DNA from: a virus
Lineage: Duplodnaviria > Caudoviricetes
Length of the DNA: 34,871 nt
Virus record (IMG/VR): IMGVR_UViG_3300030330_003718
Coordinates: 1-34,871 of that record
Direction: 5' to 3' (one strand)
Every line of letters begins with the position of its first letter. Position 1 is the first letter of the stretch. The notes beneath the pieces are model-generated. The model was not told the DNA's origin, ran no database searches, and saw nothing but the letters and a program-made list of their open reading frames with translations. The position numbers and the translations under genes are program-made. Of the stretch, positions 34,589-34,871 are shown in pieces.

Positions 34589-34871
34589 TTGTCCTCCTAA
34601 GCCATCTTCGCATTTCTTCTTTAGCATACTCTACTGCGTCTCGAGCAACACCAAGGTCGCCTTCATGGTCCAACTTGGCTACATCTGACAAGTCAATCAT
34701 TTCCAGAATACAGGCCGCTACGGCTGCTCCATGCTCTTCGATTAAGTACCCTGTGCACTGCTCAACGAACCTGCGCTCGTAGGCATCCATGGTGTAGCCA
34801 CCCCAGTTGCCCATGCCCGAACTCGCCAGTCTGTGCTCGTGGGCCACTTCCTTTAACTCGAGGTGCAACTG
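34539..34871 (-). CDS. Hypothetical protein, probably 5'-truncated by the window edge
   Basis: The frame is open to the end of the window. Confidence 0.55.
   Translation of the reverse strand, partial: QLHLELKEVAHEHRLASSGMGNWGGYTMDAYERRFVEQCTGYLIEEHGAAVAACILEMIDLSDVAKLDHEGDLGVARDAVEYAKEEMRRWLRRTNVGPKQTQPARYSSVN

Noticed and set aside
11199-34782. Numerous + strand ORFs within the late arm (e.g. 12291-13013, 30806-31618)
   Set aside because: They are antisense shadows of long minus-strand genes with no recognisable motifs.
1-34871. Integrase/att, DGR, anti-phage defence genes, tRNAs, stop-codon recoding
   Set aside because: I recognised no recombinase, reverse transcriptase or tRNA signatures. 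Genes tile densely under the standard code and use all three stop codons.

Overview
This window is most or all of a tailed dsDNA phage genome with podovirus-like morphogenesis genes, in two convergent arms. The left end (1-430) is non-coding. It carries two tandem-repeat arrays flanking an AT-rich palindrome, and a near-consensus sigma70 promoter. The + strand arm (431-7318) holds small early genes, a sigma-region-4-like HTH protein and a recombination/replication module (RecE-like exonuclease, Rad52/Sak-like annealase, SSB, RusA, DnaC-like ATPase). The - strand arm (34871 to 7308) runs putative TerS, TerL, scaffold, major capsid, portal (unusually after the capsid gene), adaptor, nozzle, tail proteins, ejection proteins including one of ~2,380 aa, an M15A endolysin, a LamG protein, then lysis-type membrane genes and tiny Lys/Arg-rich genes. 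I saw no integrase, repressor, DNA polymerase, initiator, tRNA or CRISPR. The best candidate novel system is a holin-like gene (8862-8623) with an in-frame G_GGA_AAC slippery site and a GC-rich hairpin 5 nt downstream. A -1 frameshift would fuse it to a frame with no start codon near the shift site, encoding four beta-strands that end in W and resemble a YadA-type outer-membrane anchor. All protein calls come from motif recognition by eye, not database searches.
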